Assembly (NCBI GenBank): GCA_963728195.1
Contig: CAVSIX010000007.1
Coordinates: 206,139-270,138 of the forward strand
Reading direction: 5' to 3'
Length of the DNA stretch: 64,000 bases
Origin: Ilumatobacteraceae bacterium
Lineage (GTDB): Bacteria > Actinomycetota > Acidimicrobiia > Acidimicrobiales > Ilumatobacteraceae
Below, piece after piece: positions 56,572-64,000 of this stretch. The notes under the pieces are model-generated. The model ran no database searches and had not been told where the DNA came from. It saw only the letters and a program-made list of their open reading frames with translations. Numbering within the stretch: the stretch's first letter is position 1; every line of letters starts with the position of its first letter. The position numbers were made by a program, and so were the translations under genes.

Positions 56572-56864
56572 CCGAGCGCTGGCCGGAGCTGTCGTTCGAG
56601 GACCTGATCGGTACGACCCGGTTCGACGTCCACGAACGCGCCCACATCACCGTCGACGACGAGATCTGCGCCGACTGCTCCACCCGCGGCTGCATCGTCG
56701 CCTGCCCGGCGAACCTCTTCGTGCCGACGAGCGACGGCGGCATCCTGTTCAACTACGAACAGTGCTTCGAGTGCGGCACGTGCTACCTCGTGTGCAACGA
56801 GGAGGGCGCGATCACCTGGACCTATCCCGAAGGCGGCCACGGCGTCGTCTTCAAGCGCACCTGA
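56568..56864 (+). CDS. fixX: ferredoxin-like protein FixX
   Basis: ATGA overlap with the fixC stop. 98 aa with ICADCSTRGCIVACP and CFECGTCYLVC. Confidence 0.85.
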   Translation: MTERWPELSFEDLIGTTRFDVHERAHITVDDEICADCSTRGCIVACPANLFVPTSDGGILFNYEQCFECGTCYLVCNEEGAITWTYPEGGHGVVFKRT

Positions 56865-56886
56865 CCGAGCAGCAGGGGTCGACGTC

Positions 56887-57732
56887 GTGCAGATCGCCGT
56901 GTGCTGGAAGTGGGTCTCGCTCGATCGCGAGCGCGAGGCCGACCGCCGATGGTCGGGGGTGTCCGCCGCCGACGAGGCCGCGCTGGAGGAGGCACTGACG
57001 ATCGCCGACGCGACGAGGGCGACCGGCGGACCGTGCGACGTCACCGTCATCTGTCTCGGACCCGCCAGCGCCGACGACGTGCTGCGCGAGGCGCTCGCCG
57101 CCGGTGCGACGAAGGCCGTCCGCGTCGATGCGTCGACCGAACTCGACAGTCGCGTCGTGGCGGTCGCGCTGGCCGAGCACCTCGTCGGCCGTGACCTCGT
57201 ACTGTGCGGTGACTACTCGCTCGACCGCGGCACGGGTTCGGTGCCGGCGTTCCTGGCCGACGAACTGTCGAGCGCACAGGCGCTCGGCCTGCTCGAGATC
57301 CGCACCGCCGGTCCCGATCAACCACCCGGTTCACTTCGCGTCGTACGGCGTCTCGACGGTGGTCGGCGAGAGATCCTCGACGTCACGCCGCCCGCCGTCC
57401 TGTCGGTCGAGGGATCGACCGCCACCCTGCGGCGGGCGTCACTGGCCGCCTCGCTGGCGGCCCGCACGGCGCCGATCGAGACCGTCCGCGGACCGCACGG
57501 GCGGCTCCCCGAAGCGGAGATCCATCCGTACCGGCCGAGGGCGAGGGTGGTGCCGGCGCCGGCGGGCGGTTCGCTGGACCGTGTCCGCCAGATCCTCGAC
57601 ATCGGCGGCGGCGACATCCACGCCGAGCTGGTCACGCTCGACCCTGCTGCGGCGGCATCGAAGATCCTCGACCAGCTCCGCGACTGGGGCTACCTCGACG
57701 CTGCGGTGTCGGCCGGCCCCGGGTCGGAGTGA
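56887..57732 (+). CDS. etfB: electron transfer flavoprotein beta subunit (EtfB/FixA-like), divergent
   Basis: VQIAVCWKWV..., VICLGPASADDVLREALAAGA and LVLCGDYSLDRGTGSVPAFLA are typical of the ETF-beta fold. Confidence 0.75.
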   Translation: MQIAVCWKWVSLDREREADRRWSGVSAADEAALEEALTIADATRATGGPCDVTVICLGPASADDVLREALAAGATKAVRVDASTELDSRVVAVALAEHLVGRDLVLCGDYSLDRGTGSVPAFLADELSSAQALGLLEIRTAGPDQPPGSLRVVRRLDGGRREILDVTPPAVLSVEGSTATLRRASLAASLAARTAPIETVRGPHGRLPEAEIHPYRPRARVVPAPAGGSLDRVRQILDIGGGDIHAELVTLDPAAAASKILDQLRDWGYLDAAVSAGPGSE

Positions 57733-57741
57733 CGTTCGACG

Positions 57742-58470
57742 ATGCGCTTGGGCGATGCGACCTGGCCGGAGGTCGACGGCATCGCCCGTCGACGTGGTGA
57801 CGGTGGCGCTCCGGCACCGATCGTGCTCGTCCCCGTCGGATCGACCGAACAGCACGGCCCTCACCTCCCGCTGTCGACCGACACGATCGTCGCCGAGGAA
57901 CTCGCCGGACGCGCCGTCCATCACACCGACGGCCTGATGATCGGACCGACGATCAGCGTGAGCGCCTCGGGTGAACACGCCGGCTTCCCGGGCACGCTGT
58001 CGATCGGCTCGGCCGTGATGACGTCGGTGATCGTCGAGCTGGTCCGCAGCGCGGACTGGGCAGCCGGCGTCGTACTGGTCAACGGGCACGGCGGCAACCA
58101 CGACTCGGTCACCGCGGCGGTCTCGACGCTCACCGCCGAGGGACGCGAAACGCTCGCATGGTGGCCGAAGTGGCCGCGGCGCCGCGATGGCGGCCCCGCC
58201 GACCTGCACGCCGGACGCATCGAGACGTCGATGATGCTCGCGATCGACCCCGGACTGGTGCGCCTCGAGTTGGCGGCCGCCGGTGCGGACGCCTCGATCG
58301 ACGACCTGCGCAACCGGGGCGTGCGCGCAGTGAGCAGCACCGGCGTCCTCGGCGATCCCGAAGGGGCATCGGGTCGGGAGGGTGAGCGGTTCATCACCGC
58401 CTTCGTCGACGACCTCGTCCACGAGATCGAGCGCTGGCGACCGCTCGGCCCGGACACATCGGACGGCTGA
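57742..58470 (+). CDS. mftE: creatininase-family amidohydrolase, mycofactocin peptidase MftE-like
   Basis: Creatininase motifs PVGSTEQHGPHLPL and VNGHGGN. It lies immediately upstream of an MftF-like glycosyltransferase. Confidence 0.7.
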   Translation: MRLGDATWPEVDGIARRRGDGGAPAPIVLVPVGSTEQHGPHLPLSTDTIVAEELAGRAVHHTDGLMIGPTISVSASGEHAGFPGTLSIGSAVMTSVIVELVRSADWAAGVVLVNGHGGNHDSVTAAVSTLTAEGRETLAWWPKWPRRRDGGPADLHAGRIETSMMLAIDPGLVRLELAAAGADASIDDLRNRGVRAVSSTGVLGDPEGASGREGERFITAFVDDLVHEIERWRPLGPDTSDG

Positions 58471-59706
58471 GTGCGCTATCGCATCGATCCGTCGTGGCAG
58501 CGCTTCGCCACCGTCGTCGTGGCCGGTTCGCCACTGCGGCTGTTCCGGTTGACGTCCGGAGGTGTGGCGATCGTCGAACGAATCGAGGAGGGCGTCGACG
58601 TCGATCGATCGGTGCTGACCGATCGGTTGTCCGACGCCGGCGCCGTGCACCCGACATCTACCGCCGAGGGCGCCCGGCGCTTCACCGTCGACGACGTGAC
58701 GGTGGTGACTCCTCAGCTCGGCGGTCACGCACACGGCGATGGGCGCGTGACCGTCGACGACGGATCGGTCCCGCCGATCGAGGGCGCCACGGTGCGACTC
58801 GACGCGAACAGCGGTCCGGCGGCGGCGCGCAATGCCGCTCGCTCATCGGTCTCGACGCCACTCGTCGCCTTCCTCGACGCGGATGTCACCACGCCGGACG
58901 TGCGCTGGTGGGCGGGCCTGCTGTGGCACTTCGACGATCCGCGGGTGGGGCTGGTCGCTCCACGCGTTCAGGGCGAGGCGGGGTCGCCACTCGACCTCGG
59001 CGACCAACCGGCGCGCGTTCGTGCCGGCACCCGCGTGAGCTACGTCCCCGGCGCTGCGGTCGTCGTGCGCATCGAGGCGCTCGACGCGATCGGTGGATTC
59101 GACGAGCGGCTGCGATTCGGTGAGGACGTCGACCTCGTGTGGCGGCTCGACGAGGCGGGCTGGCACTGCCGTTACGACCCGTCGGTGGCGGTCTGGCACG
59201 AGCCGCGTGGTTCCTGGAGCGAGCGGCTGCGCCAGCATGCCGGTTACGGGACGTCGGCTGCGCCCCTGGCATTGCGACATCCCGGTGCACTGTCACCCGT
59301 CCACGTCAACGGGTGGACCGCAGCGGCGTGGTCGATGGCGTTGCTCGGGCATTCGGTTGCCGCCGTGGCGTTGGCGGCGGGCAGTTCGGCAGCGTTGGTC
59401 GGCAAGTTGCCCGACGTGCCGACGCGTGCATCACTGGAGTTGGCGCTTCGGGGTCATCTGCTCGCCGGCCGGCAGTTCGCCGCCGCGGCGCGGCGCGTGT
59501 GGTGGCCGATCCTCGCCGTCGTCGCCCTGGCGTCGCGGCGAGTGCGCTGGTGGAGCGCACTGGCGGTGCTGAGCGACGTGCGGGCGACCCCCACCGATCT
59601 GGCCTACGGCTGGGGGGTGTGGGCGGGGATGTTCCGGCTGCGGACGCCGGCGCCGCTCCTCCCGCGCCTCAGCGCATGGCCGGGACGTCCGTCCCGGCCG
59701 AGTTGA
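58471..59706 (+). CDS. mftF: mycofactocin-system glycosyltransferase MftF-like (GT2)
   Basis: The N-terminal GSPLRLFRLT segment, GT2 core (VAFLDADV, VAPRV, VSYVPGAA, GGFDERLRFGEDVDLVWRL, YGTSAAPLALRHP) and C-terminal TM region match my recollection of the mycobacterial MftF layout. Confidence 0.7.
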   Translation: MRYRIDPSWQRFATVVVAGSPLRLFRLTSGGVAIVERIEEGVDVDRSVLTDRLSDAGAVHPTSTAEGARRFTVDDVTVVTPQLGGHAHGDGRVTVDDGSVPPIEGATVRLDANSGPAAARNAARSSVSTPLVAFLDADVTTPDVRWWAGLLWHFDDPRVGLVAPRVQGEAGSPLDLGDQPARVRAGTRVSYVPGAAVVVRIEALDAIGGFDERLRFGEDVDLVWRLDEAGWHCRYDPSVAVWHEPRGSWSERLRQHAGYGTSAAPLALRHPGALSPVHVNGWTAAAWSMALLGHSVAAVALAAGSSAALVGKLPDVPTRASLELALRGHLLAGRQFAAAARRVWWPILAVVALASRRVRWWSALAVLSDVRATPTDLAYGWGVWAGMFRLRTPAPLLPRLSAWPGRPSRPS

Positions 59707-60280
59707 ACGTCGGGACGTCGGTCCCCGCCTGGCTGAACGTCGGGACGTCGGGTTCCACTGGGAACTCCTCGCGTGCTTCGGCCAATGCGCGTCGGAGGCG
59801 ATCGCTGATGTCGTCGCAGTCGGCGCAGCCCCAGATCGCGCTGTAGGCAATGCACCCGAGACAGATCGCGAACGCCGCCTCGAGCGTGGCGGCGACGGCG
59901 AGCAACGCGATCAACACGACGGCGAACGCCTCGGCGCCGAGCATCCAGGCGCTGCTGGCAGCGACGGTGAAGCCGAGCCCGATGGCCTGGGCAAACCGCT
60001 TGGGCGGTCCCGGGACCTGACGCGAACGGAAGTCAGCTCGACGCCGGAGCAGCGCCGTCTCGACCGCGGGGGTCGCCACCCGGGTGACGAACTGACCGAG
60101 CGGCGAGAGTGTCGGGCCCGTGGCGACACGGGCGAGGAACCCGTACGTGAGCGGTACGAGCACCCACCACTCGCGCACTGCGATGAAGAGGACTGCCTGG
60201 GCGACCACACCGGCGGCGACGAGCCGCGCCGATGTCTCGTTGACCGGATCGGGAAAGCGCACCAGGTTTCGCAGGCTCAC
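59669..60280 (-). CDS. DUF4395 family membrane protein with repeat-containing C-terminal tail
   Basis: GTG start (VSLRNLVRFPDPVNETSARL), about 4 TM helices, and a Cys-rich CLGCIAYSAIWGCADC. The 3' end overlaps the mftF 3' end by about 38 nt. Confidence 0.65.
   Translation of the reverse strand: MSLRNLVRFPDPVNETSARLVAAGVVAQAVLFIAVREWWVLVPLTYGFLARVATGPTLSPLGQFVTRVATPAVETALLRRRADFRSRQVPGPPKRFAQAIGLGFTVAASSAWMLGAEAFAVVLIALLAVAATLEAAFAICLGCIAYSAIWGCADCDDISDRLRRALAEAREEFPVEPDVPTFSQAGTDVPTFNSAGTDVPAMR
59681..59756. repeat. 30-bp tandem repeat x2.5
   Basis: Units cgggacgtc(c/g)gtccc(g/c)gcc(g/t)(a/g)g(t/c)tgaacgt, encoding DVPTF(S/N)(Q/S)AGT on the minus strand. Each unit contains a CGGGAC..GTCCC(G/C) mini-palindrome, perfect only in the first copy. 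Confidence 0.75.
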
Positions 60281-60338
60281 CTGCGCAACGATATCGCTGA
60301 CAAAGCCGATCAACAAGGTCGGGATTGCCTGACCGATC

Positions 60339-61322
60339 GTGCCCGACGGCGAACACATCGGCGGCGAGGCCCGCACCACATGGCCCCGCAGTAGCGTCGC
60401 CGGGGTGACGATCACGCTCACCGTCCGCACCGGTCCGTGGCGCGCCCATGTCGCGCAGTTGGCGAGCGCCGTCGACGGCCTGGTACCGGTGGTCAAGGGC
60501 AACGGGTACGGCTTCGGGCGCACCGAGTTGGCCCAGTTGGCAGCGGAGTTCTGTGACACGGTCGCCGTCGGCACCGTCCACGAGCTCGCCGGGCTTCCCC
60601 GCGAACTCGATGCGGTGGTCCTGACGCCGACGCTCTCGCCGCCCACGTCAACGGCCGCGATCCTCACCGTCGGGAACGTCGCTCACGTCGACGCCCTCGC
60701 TGGATGGGGCGGGCGCGTGCTCGTGAAGCTCGAGTCGTCGATGCACCGCTACGGCGGTGGTACCGACCTCGTCGACCGGGCGCGGCGGCTGGACCTCGAC
60801 GTGGTGGGCGTCAGCGTCCACCTGCCACTCGCAGGATCGCCGGACGAACACGCAACCGAGATCCGGCGCGTACTCGCTCACGTCGACGTCGACCTCGCGG
60901 TGTGGCTGAGCCACCTCGATCCGCCGACGTATGCCTCGCTGCCGACGACACACCCCTACCGCTTACGCCTCGGCACGTCGCTGTGGCACGGCGACAAGTC
61001 GTACCTCCACCTCGGCGCCGATGTGCTCGACGTCCGCCCGATCCGAGCGGGCGAACGTGCCGGGTATCACCAGGGCGCCGTCGTCGGCGACGGCCACCTC
61101 GTCATGATCGGCGCCGGCACCGCCAACGGTGTCACGACCCTGCCCGACGGGCGCAGCCCGTTCCACTTCGAGCGCCGACGGTTGGCACTCCACGAGGCGC
61201 CCCACATGCACACGGCGATGGCGTTCGTCCCCGACGGAGACGCCGTGCCCGAGATCGGCCGGCGCATCGACCTGCAGCGTCCGCTGACGATGACGACCGT
61301 CGACGTGGTCGAGTGGATCTGA
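60339..61322 (+). CDS. alanine racemase-family PLP enzyme (N-terminal-domain type)
   Basis: PLP-lysine motif VPVVKGNGYGFG and barrel-like alternation. An alternative GTG start lies at 60405. Confidence 0.7.
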   Translation: MPDGEHIGGEARTTWPRSSVAGVTITLTVRTGPWRAHVAQLASAVDGLVPVVKGNGYGFGRTELAQLAAEFCDTVAVGTVHELAGLPRELDAVVLTPTLSPPTSTAAILTVGNVAHVDALAGWGGRVLVKLESSMHRYGGGTDLVDRARRLDLDVVGVSVHLPLAGSPDEHATEIRRVLAHVDVDLAVWLSHLDPPTYASLPTTHPYRLRLGTSLWHGDKSYLHLGADVLDVRPIRAGERAGYHQGAVVGDGHLVMIGAGTANGVTTLPDGRSPFHFERRRLALHEAPHMHTAMAFVPDGDAVPEIGRRIDLQRPLTMTTVDVVEWI

Positions 61323-61340
61323 TCGGGCGGGTCTGATCGA

Positions 61341-62444
61341 GTGGACCTGCGCGTTCCGACCACGACGTTCGTCGACACCGCTCCATCCGCCAGGTTGCGC
61401 GGGCCCGACGTCGTCCGAGCCGTCGCACTGATCGGCGTCGTCGTGATGAACTATCACGGCTACCTGATCTTGCGACGAGAGTCACCTCCGGGTCCGGCCG
61501 ACTGGCTCGACGAGCTGTTCGACCCGTGGGACGGCCCGCTGTCGACCCGGTTCGCCGCCACGTTCGTGCTCGTTGCGGGCGTCGGCATCACGCTGCTCAC
61601 TCGCCGCGCCACAGGTGACGCCGGCCGCGTGACCGAGATGCGGTGGCGGCTCGCCCGGCGAGGGGTGCTGCTGTACGCGGTCGGACTTGCGCTCGACGAG
61701 ATCTGGCCGGGCACGATCATCGTGTACTACGGCGCGATGTTCGTGCTCGCTGCAGCGATCTTCACGTGGCGATCACGTTGGATCGTCGTCACGGGGATCG
61801 TGGCAGCGGTCGCCGGGACGGCGCTGCGCACGTGGAGGTTCGACCGCGACCGAGACGGTCATCGCACCGACTGGCTGACGTCACCCGGCCAGGACTCGAT
61901 CCGGCGCTACGTGTTCGACGTGTTCGTCAACGGGACCCACCCGCTCCTGCCCTGGTTCGCCTTTCTGTGCGCCGGCATCGTGCTCGGTCGGCTGCTCACC
62001 GTGTCGTGGTGGCGATCCGCTGCCGCCGGCGGCGGTCTGGCACTCCTGGCCGGGTCATGGCTGGTCTCGGTGCTCGCCGCGAGCGAACTGCAGGAGGTCG
62101 CGACTTCGGTGAATCCGCTCGACCGCAGCATCGTCTACGTCGCCAGCGCGCTGGGCACGGCTCTGCTCGCCTACGTCGTCATCGACTGGCTGGCCGAACG
62201 CTTCGCGTCGGCAACCGATCCGCTGCGATGCGCCGGTCAGCTCACCTTGTCGATCTATCTCGCGCACATCGTCGTGTTCAACCTCGTCGTCGACTGGCTG
62301 GGCTGGGTGGAGCCGGCCGGCACCGGAGCGGCAGTGCTCTTCGCCGGGGCGTTCTGGGTCGCCGCGATCGCCGCTGCGACGTGGTGGCAGCGGCGGTTCG
62401 GGCGCGGGCCGGCCGAGTACGTCTACCGGGCGTTCGGGGGCTGA
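61341..62444 (+). CDS. DUF418/DUF1624-type multi-TM membrane protein (YeiB-like)
   Basis: RLRGPDVVRAVALIGVVVMNY N-terminus with about 9-10 TM helices. Confidence 0.65.
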   Translation: MDLRVPTTTFVDTAPSARLRGPDVVRAVALIGVVVMNYHGYLILRRESPPGPADWLDELFDPWDGPLSTRFAATFVLVAGVGITLLTRRATGDAGRVTEMRWRLARRGVLLYAVGLALDEIWPGTIIVYYGAMFVLAAAIFTWRSRWIVVTGIVAAVAGTALRTWRFDRDRDGHRTDWLTSPGQDSIRRYVFDVFVNGTHPLLPWFAFLCAGIVLGRLLTVSWWRSAAAGGGLALLAGSWLVSVLAASELQEVATSVNPLDRSIVYVASALGTALLAYVVIDWLAERFASATDPLRCAGQLTLSIYLAHIVVFNLVVDWLGWVEPAGTGAAVLFAGAFWVAAIAAATWWQRRFGRGPAEYVYRAFGG

Positions 62445-62446
62445 CG

Positions 62447-63424
62447 CTACGACGCGACCGGTCGGCGGCGCGCCGCCCGGCGCAGCCCACGCCACCCGAC
62501 GGCGCCGGCTCCGACGAGCGGACCCTGGTCGCCGAGCCTCGACGGGGTGATGCGGGCGCCACGGCTGTAGGGCTGACGGGCGTGGTCGTCGAGCGCCACC
62601 TGGGCCGCATGGAAGAACGTCGACCCGAAGCCGAGCGCCACACTGCCGCCGACCACGACGAGCGACAGATCGAACGCATTGCACATGGATGCGGCCGCCC
62701 GGCCGACGAGGCCGCCGGTGCGTTGCATGATCTGGTACGACGGTTCGCTGAACGGTCGCCCCGTGATCGAGTCGATCGCCTGCCCGGACGCTTCGGCCTC
62801 CAGGCATCCCTGCGTACCGCACGTGCAGCGCCGACCACCGGGCTCGACGATGAAGTGACCGATCTGACCGGCGTAGCCCGATTCGCCGTCGAGCAGGTCG
62901 CCGTCGAGGATGATCGCGCCCGACACGCCGGCGGACACCGTGATCGCACAGAAGTTCGGCTGGCCACGCGCAGCGCCGAGCCAGCCCTCCGCCAGCGCCA
63001 AGGCCTTTGCGTCGAGCTCACCGTGGACGGCGAGCCCCGACAGTTCCTCCAGCCGGCCCCGAAGCGGGAAGTCCCGCCACGTCGGCACACTGAGTGGCGA
63101 CACCTGCTCCAGTCCACGGCTCGCATGGCCGCCCGTGGTGAGCCCGATCCCCCGCACGGCGACCGGGTGTCGGGAACCGGCCCGTTCGAGCATCTCGGTC
63201 ACGATCAGCGCGAGTGCGGTGTAGTGCGACTCCGGCCCGACATCGGGCTCGATCCGGGCGCGGGCACGATCGATCAGTACACCGCGCGACGTGACGAGCC
63301 CGGTCTGGAAATGGGTGGCACCGACATCGGCGGCGAGCACCACGTCGCGCAGCGGTTCTGTTTCGTCACCGCTCGCAGCGGCTTCGGCGGCGGGATCGAC
63401 CGGATCGGTGGCGGCATCGGACAT
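62447..63424 (-). CDS. ROK family sugar kinase/regulator
   Basis: ADVGATHFQTG ATP-binding loop and ROK zinc motif GHFIVEPGGRRCTCGTQGCLEAEASG. Confidence 0.88.
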   Translation of the reverse strand: MSDAATDPVDPAAEAAASGDETEPLRDVVLAADVGATHFQTGLVTSRGVLIDRARARIEPDVGPESHYTALALIVTEMLERAGSRHPVAVRGIGLTTGGHASRGLEQVSPLSVPTWRDFPLRGRLEELSGLAVHGELDAKALALAEGWLGAARGQPNFCAITVSAGVSGAIILDGDLLDGESGYAGQIGHFIVEPGGRRCTCGTQGCLEAEASGQAIDSITGRPFSEPSYQIMQRTGGLVGRAAASMCNAFDLSLVVVGGSVALGFGSTFFHAAQVALDDHARQPYSRGARITPSRLGDQGPLVGAGAVGWRGLRRAARRRPVAS

Positions 63425-63531
63425 CGGCCACCAAACGGTAGCGGTACTCGGTAGCGCGCACTCGGCGCGCGACTACTGTCCACAGAACGCACTTGACCCA
63501 GCGGGAGCGCGTGCCGATACCACCCATGCCC

Positions 63532-64000
63532 ATGAACTCGACCGAATCCATTCCCGGGCGCGCTGCTCCACGCCATCAGCGCCGCCGCGACGAGTGCCGG
63601 TCGGGCCGATCGCATCCATCGCGACTCGCAGTCGTGTTGGCGGTGACGAGCGTGATCGGCGCACTGGTGGCACCGGTGGCCCATGCCGATGACGTCACGC
63701 CCGAAGCTCCCGCTCCGCCGTCGTCGATCGCCACGACGACACCGACGGCGCCCACGACGATCGCACCGATCGACACGTCGCTGCCGGTCGTCACCGCGCC
63801 ATCGGTGACCGCGCCGACGAACGACACGACCACCAGCGTGGTGGCCGGCACGGTGCCGACGAGGACCGGGCCCGCCGAGACGTCGACCACGCTGGCGCCG
63901 ACCACATCGTCGACCACCACAGCGCCGGCGCCCGCGGCCAAGAACGTCATCGCCTATCCGAGTCAGATCGCTCACATCCTGGCGACGATCCGCTATCTCG
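63532..64000 (+). CDS. secreted Thr/Pro-rich protein, partial (3' end outside window)
   Basis: Open frame from ATG 63532 to the window end with strong third-position GC. Signal-like LAVVLAVTSVIGALVAPVAHA-DD, then a Thr/Pro-rich spacer, then ...AYPSQIAHILATIRYL at the edge. It is not in the ORF track because no stop is reached. Confidence 0.55.
   Translation, partial: MNSTESIPGRAAPRHQRRRDECRSGRSHPSRLAVVLAVTSVIGALVAPVAHADDVTPEAPAPPSSIATTTPTAPTTIAPIDTSLPVVTAPSVTAPTNDTTTSVVAGTVPTRTGPAETSTTLAPTTSSTTTAPAPAAKNVIAYPSQIAHILATIRYL

Noticed and set aside
53440-59706. An mftA-like precursor peptide (short ORF ending in GVY) in or around the mftE/mftF operon.
   Set aside because: I found no short ORF with a C-terminal Gly-Val-Tyr-stop in the intergenic gaps, which are 9-180 nt and largely occupied by repeats. 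The search was by eye only.
1-64000. tRNA, rRNA, IS elements, integrases, prophage or classical defence islands.
   Set aside because: I noticed no T-loop or anticodon-arm signatures, no rRNA-like conserved blocks, no transposase, integrase or reverse-transcriptase-like ORFs, and no terminal inverted repeats around candidate cargo. tRNAscan and ISfinder-type scans would be the formal check.

Overview
This is a high-GC (roughly 70% by eye), actinobacterial-type chromosomal segment. I support about 60 tightly packed protein-coding genes on both strands. I recognised no rRNA, tRNA, CRISPR array, IS element or prophage.

Gene content is mostly core metabolism and envelope or stress functions:
- Drr-like ABC exporter, Fpg/Nei glycosylase, DeoD, META lipoprotein, malate dehydrogenase
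- two tandem acyltransferase_3/SGNH paralogs, MetF, PurH, SucCD
- a copper cluster (DUF305, YcnI, CopC/CopD), PcrA helicase
- a five-gene ABC + two-component + DUF4097 module
- a PLDc_N-ABC / ABC-2 / CPBP operon, an ABC-F ATPase
- a second two-component system with a CrtI-like oxidoreductase, a CrcB pair, a P450 + ferredoxin pair
- YaaA, Corynebacterium-type glycogen synthase, an MFS transporter, an embedded DNA methyltransferase, an SDR
- a FadH-like flavoprotein, a GH3 beta-glucosidase, an alanine-racemase-like protein, DUF418, and a ROK kinase

The most distinctive observations are:
1. A seven-gene, largely translationally coupled operon, dedA-etfA-fixC-fixX-etfB-mftE-mftF. It joins a FixABCX-type electron-transfer module to mycofactocin maturation genes, yet no mftA/B/C/D is present in the window.
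2. Three families of GC-rich palindromic intergenic repeats. Two families occur as tandem dimers with fixed periods of 61 bp and 73 bp.
3. A low-GC gene next to purH whose membrane-protein reading hops between frames, so it looks decayed or mis-sequenced.
4. A beta-class DNA methyltransferase with an unexplained C-terminal extension and no partner nuclease.
5. A split DUF222/HNH gene.

Many long ORFs in the supplied track are antisense or alternate-frame shadow ORFs typical of high-GC DNA, and I rejected them. CDS coordinates are anchored to the ORF-track frames. Repeat and hairpin coordinates were read by eye and may be off by 1-2 nt.
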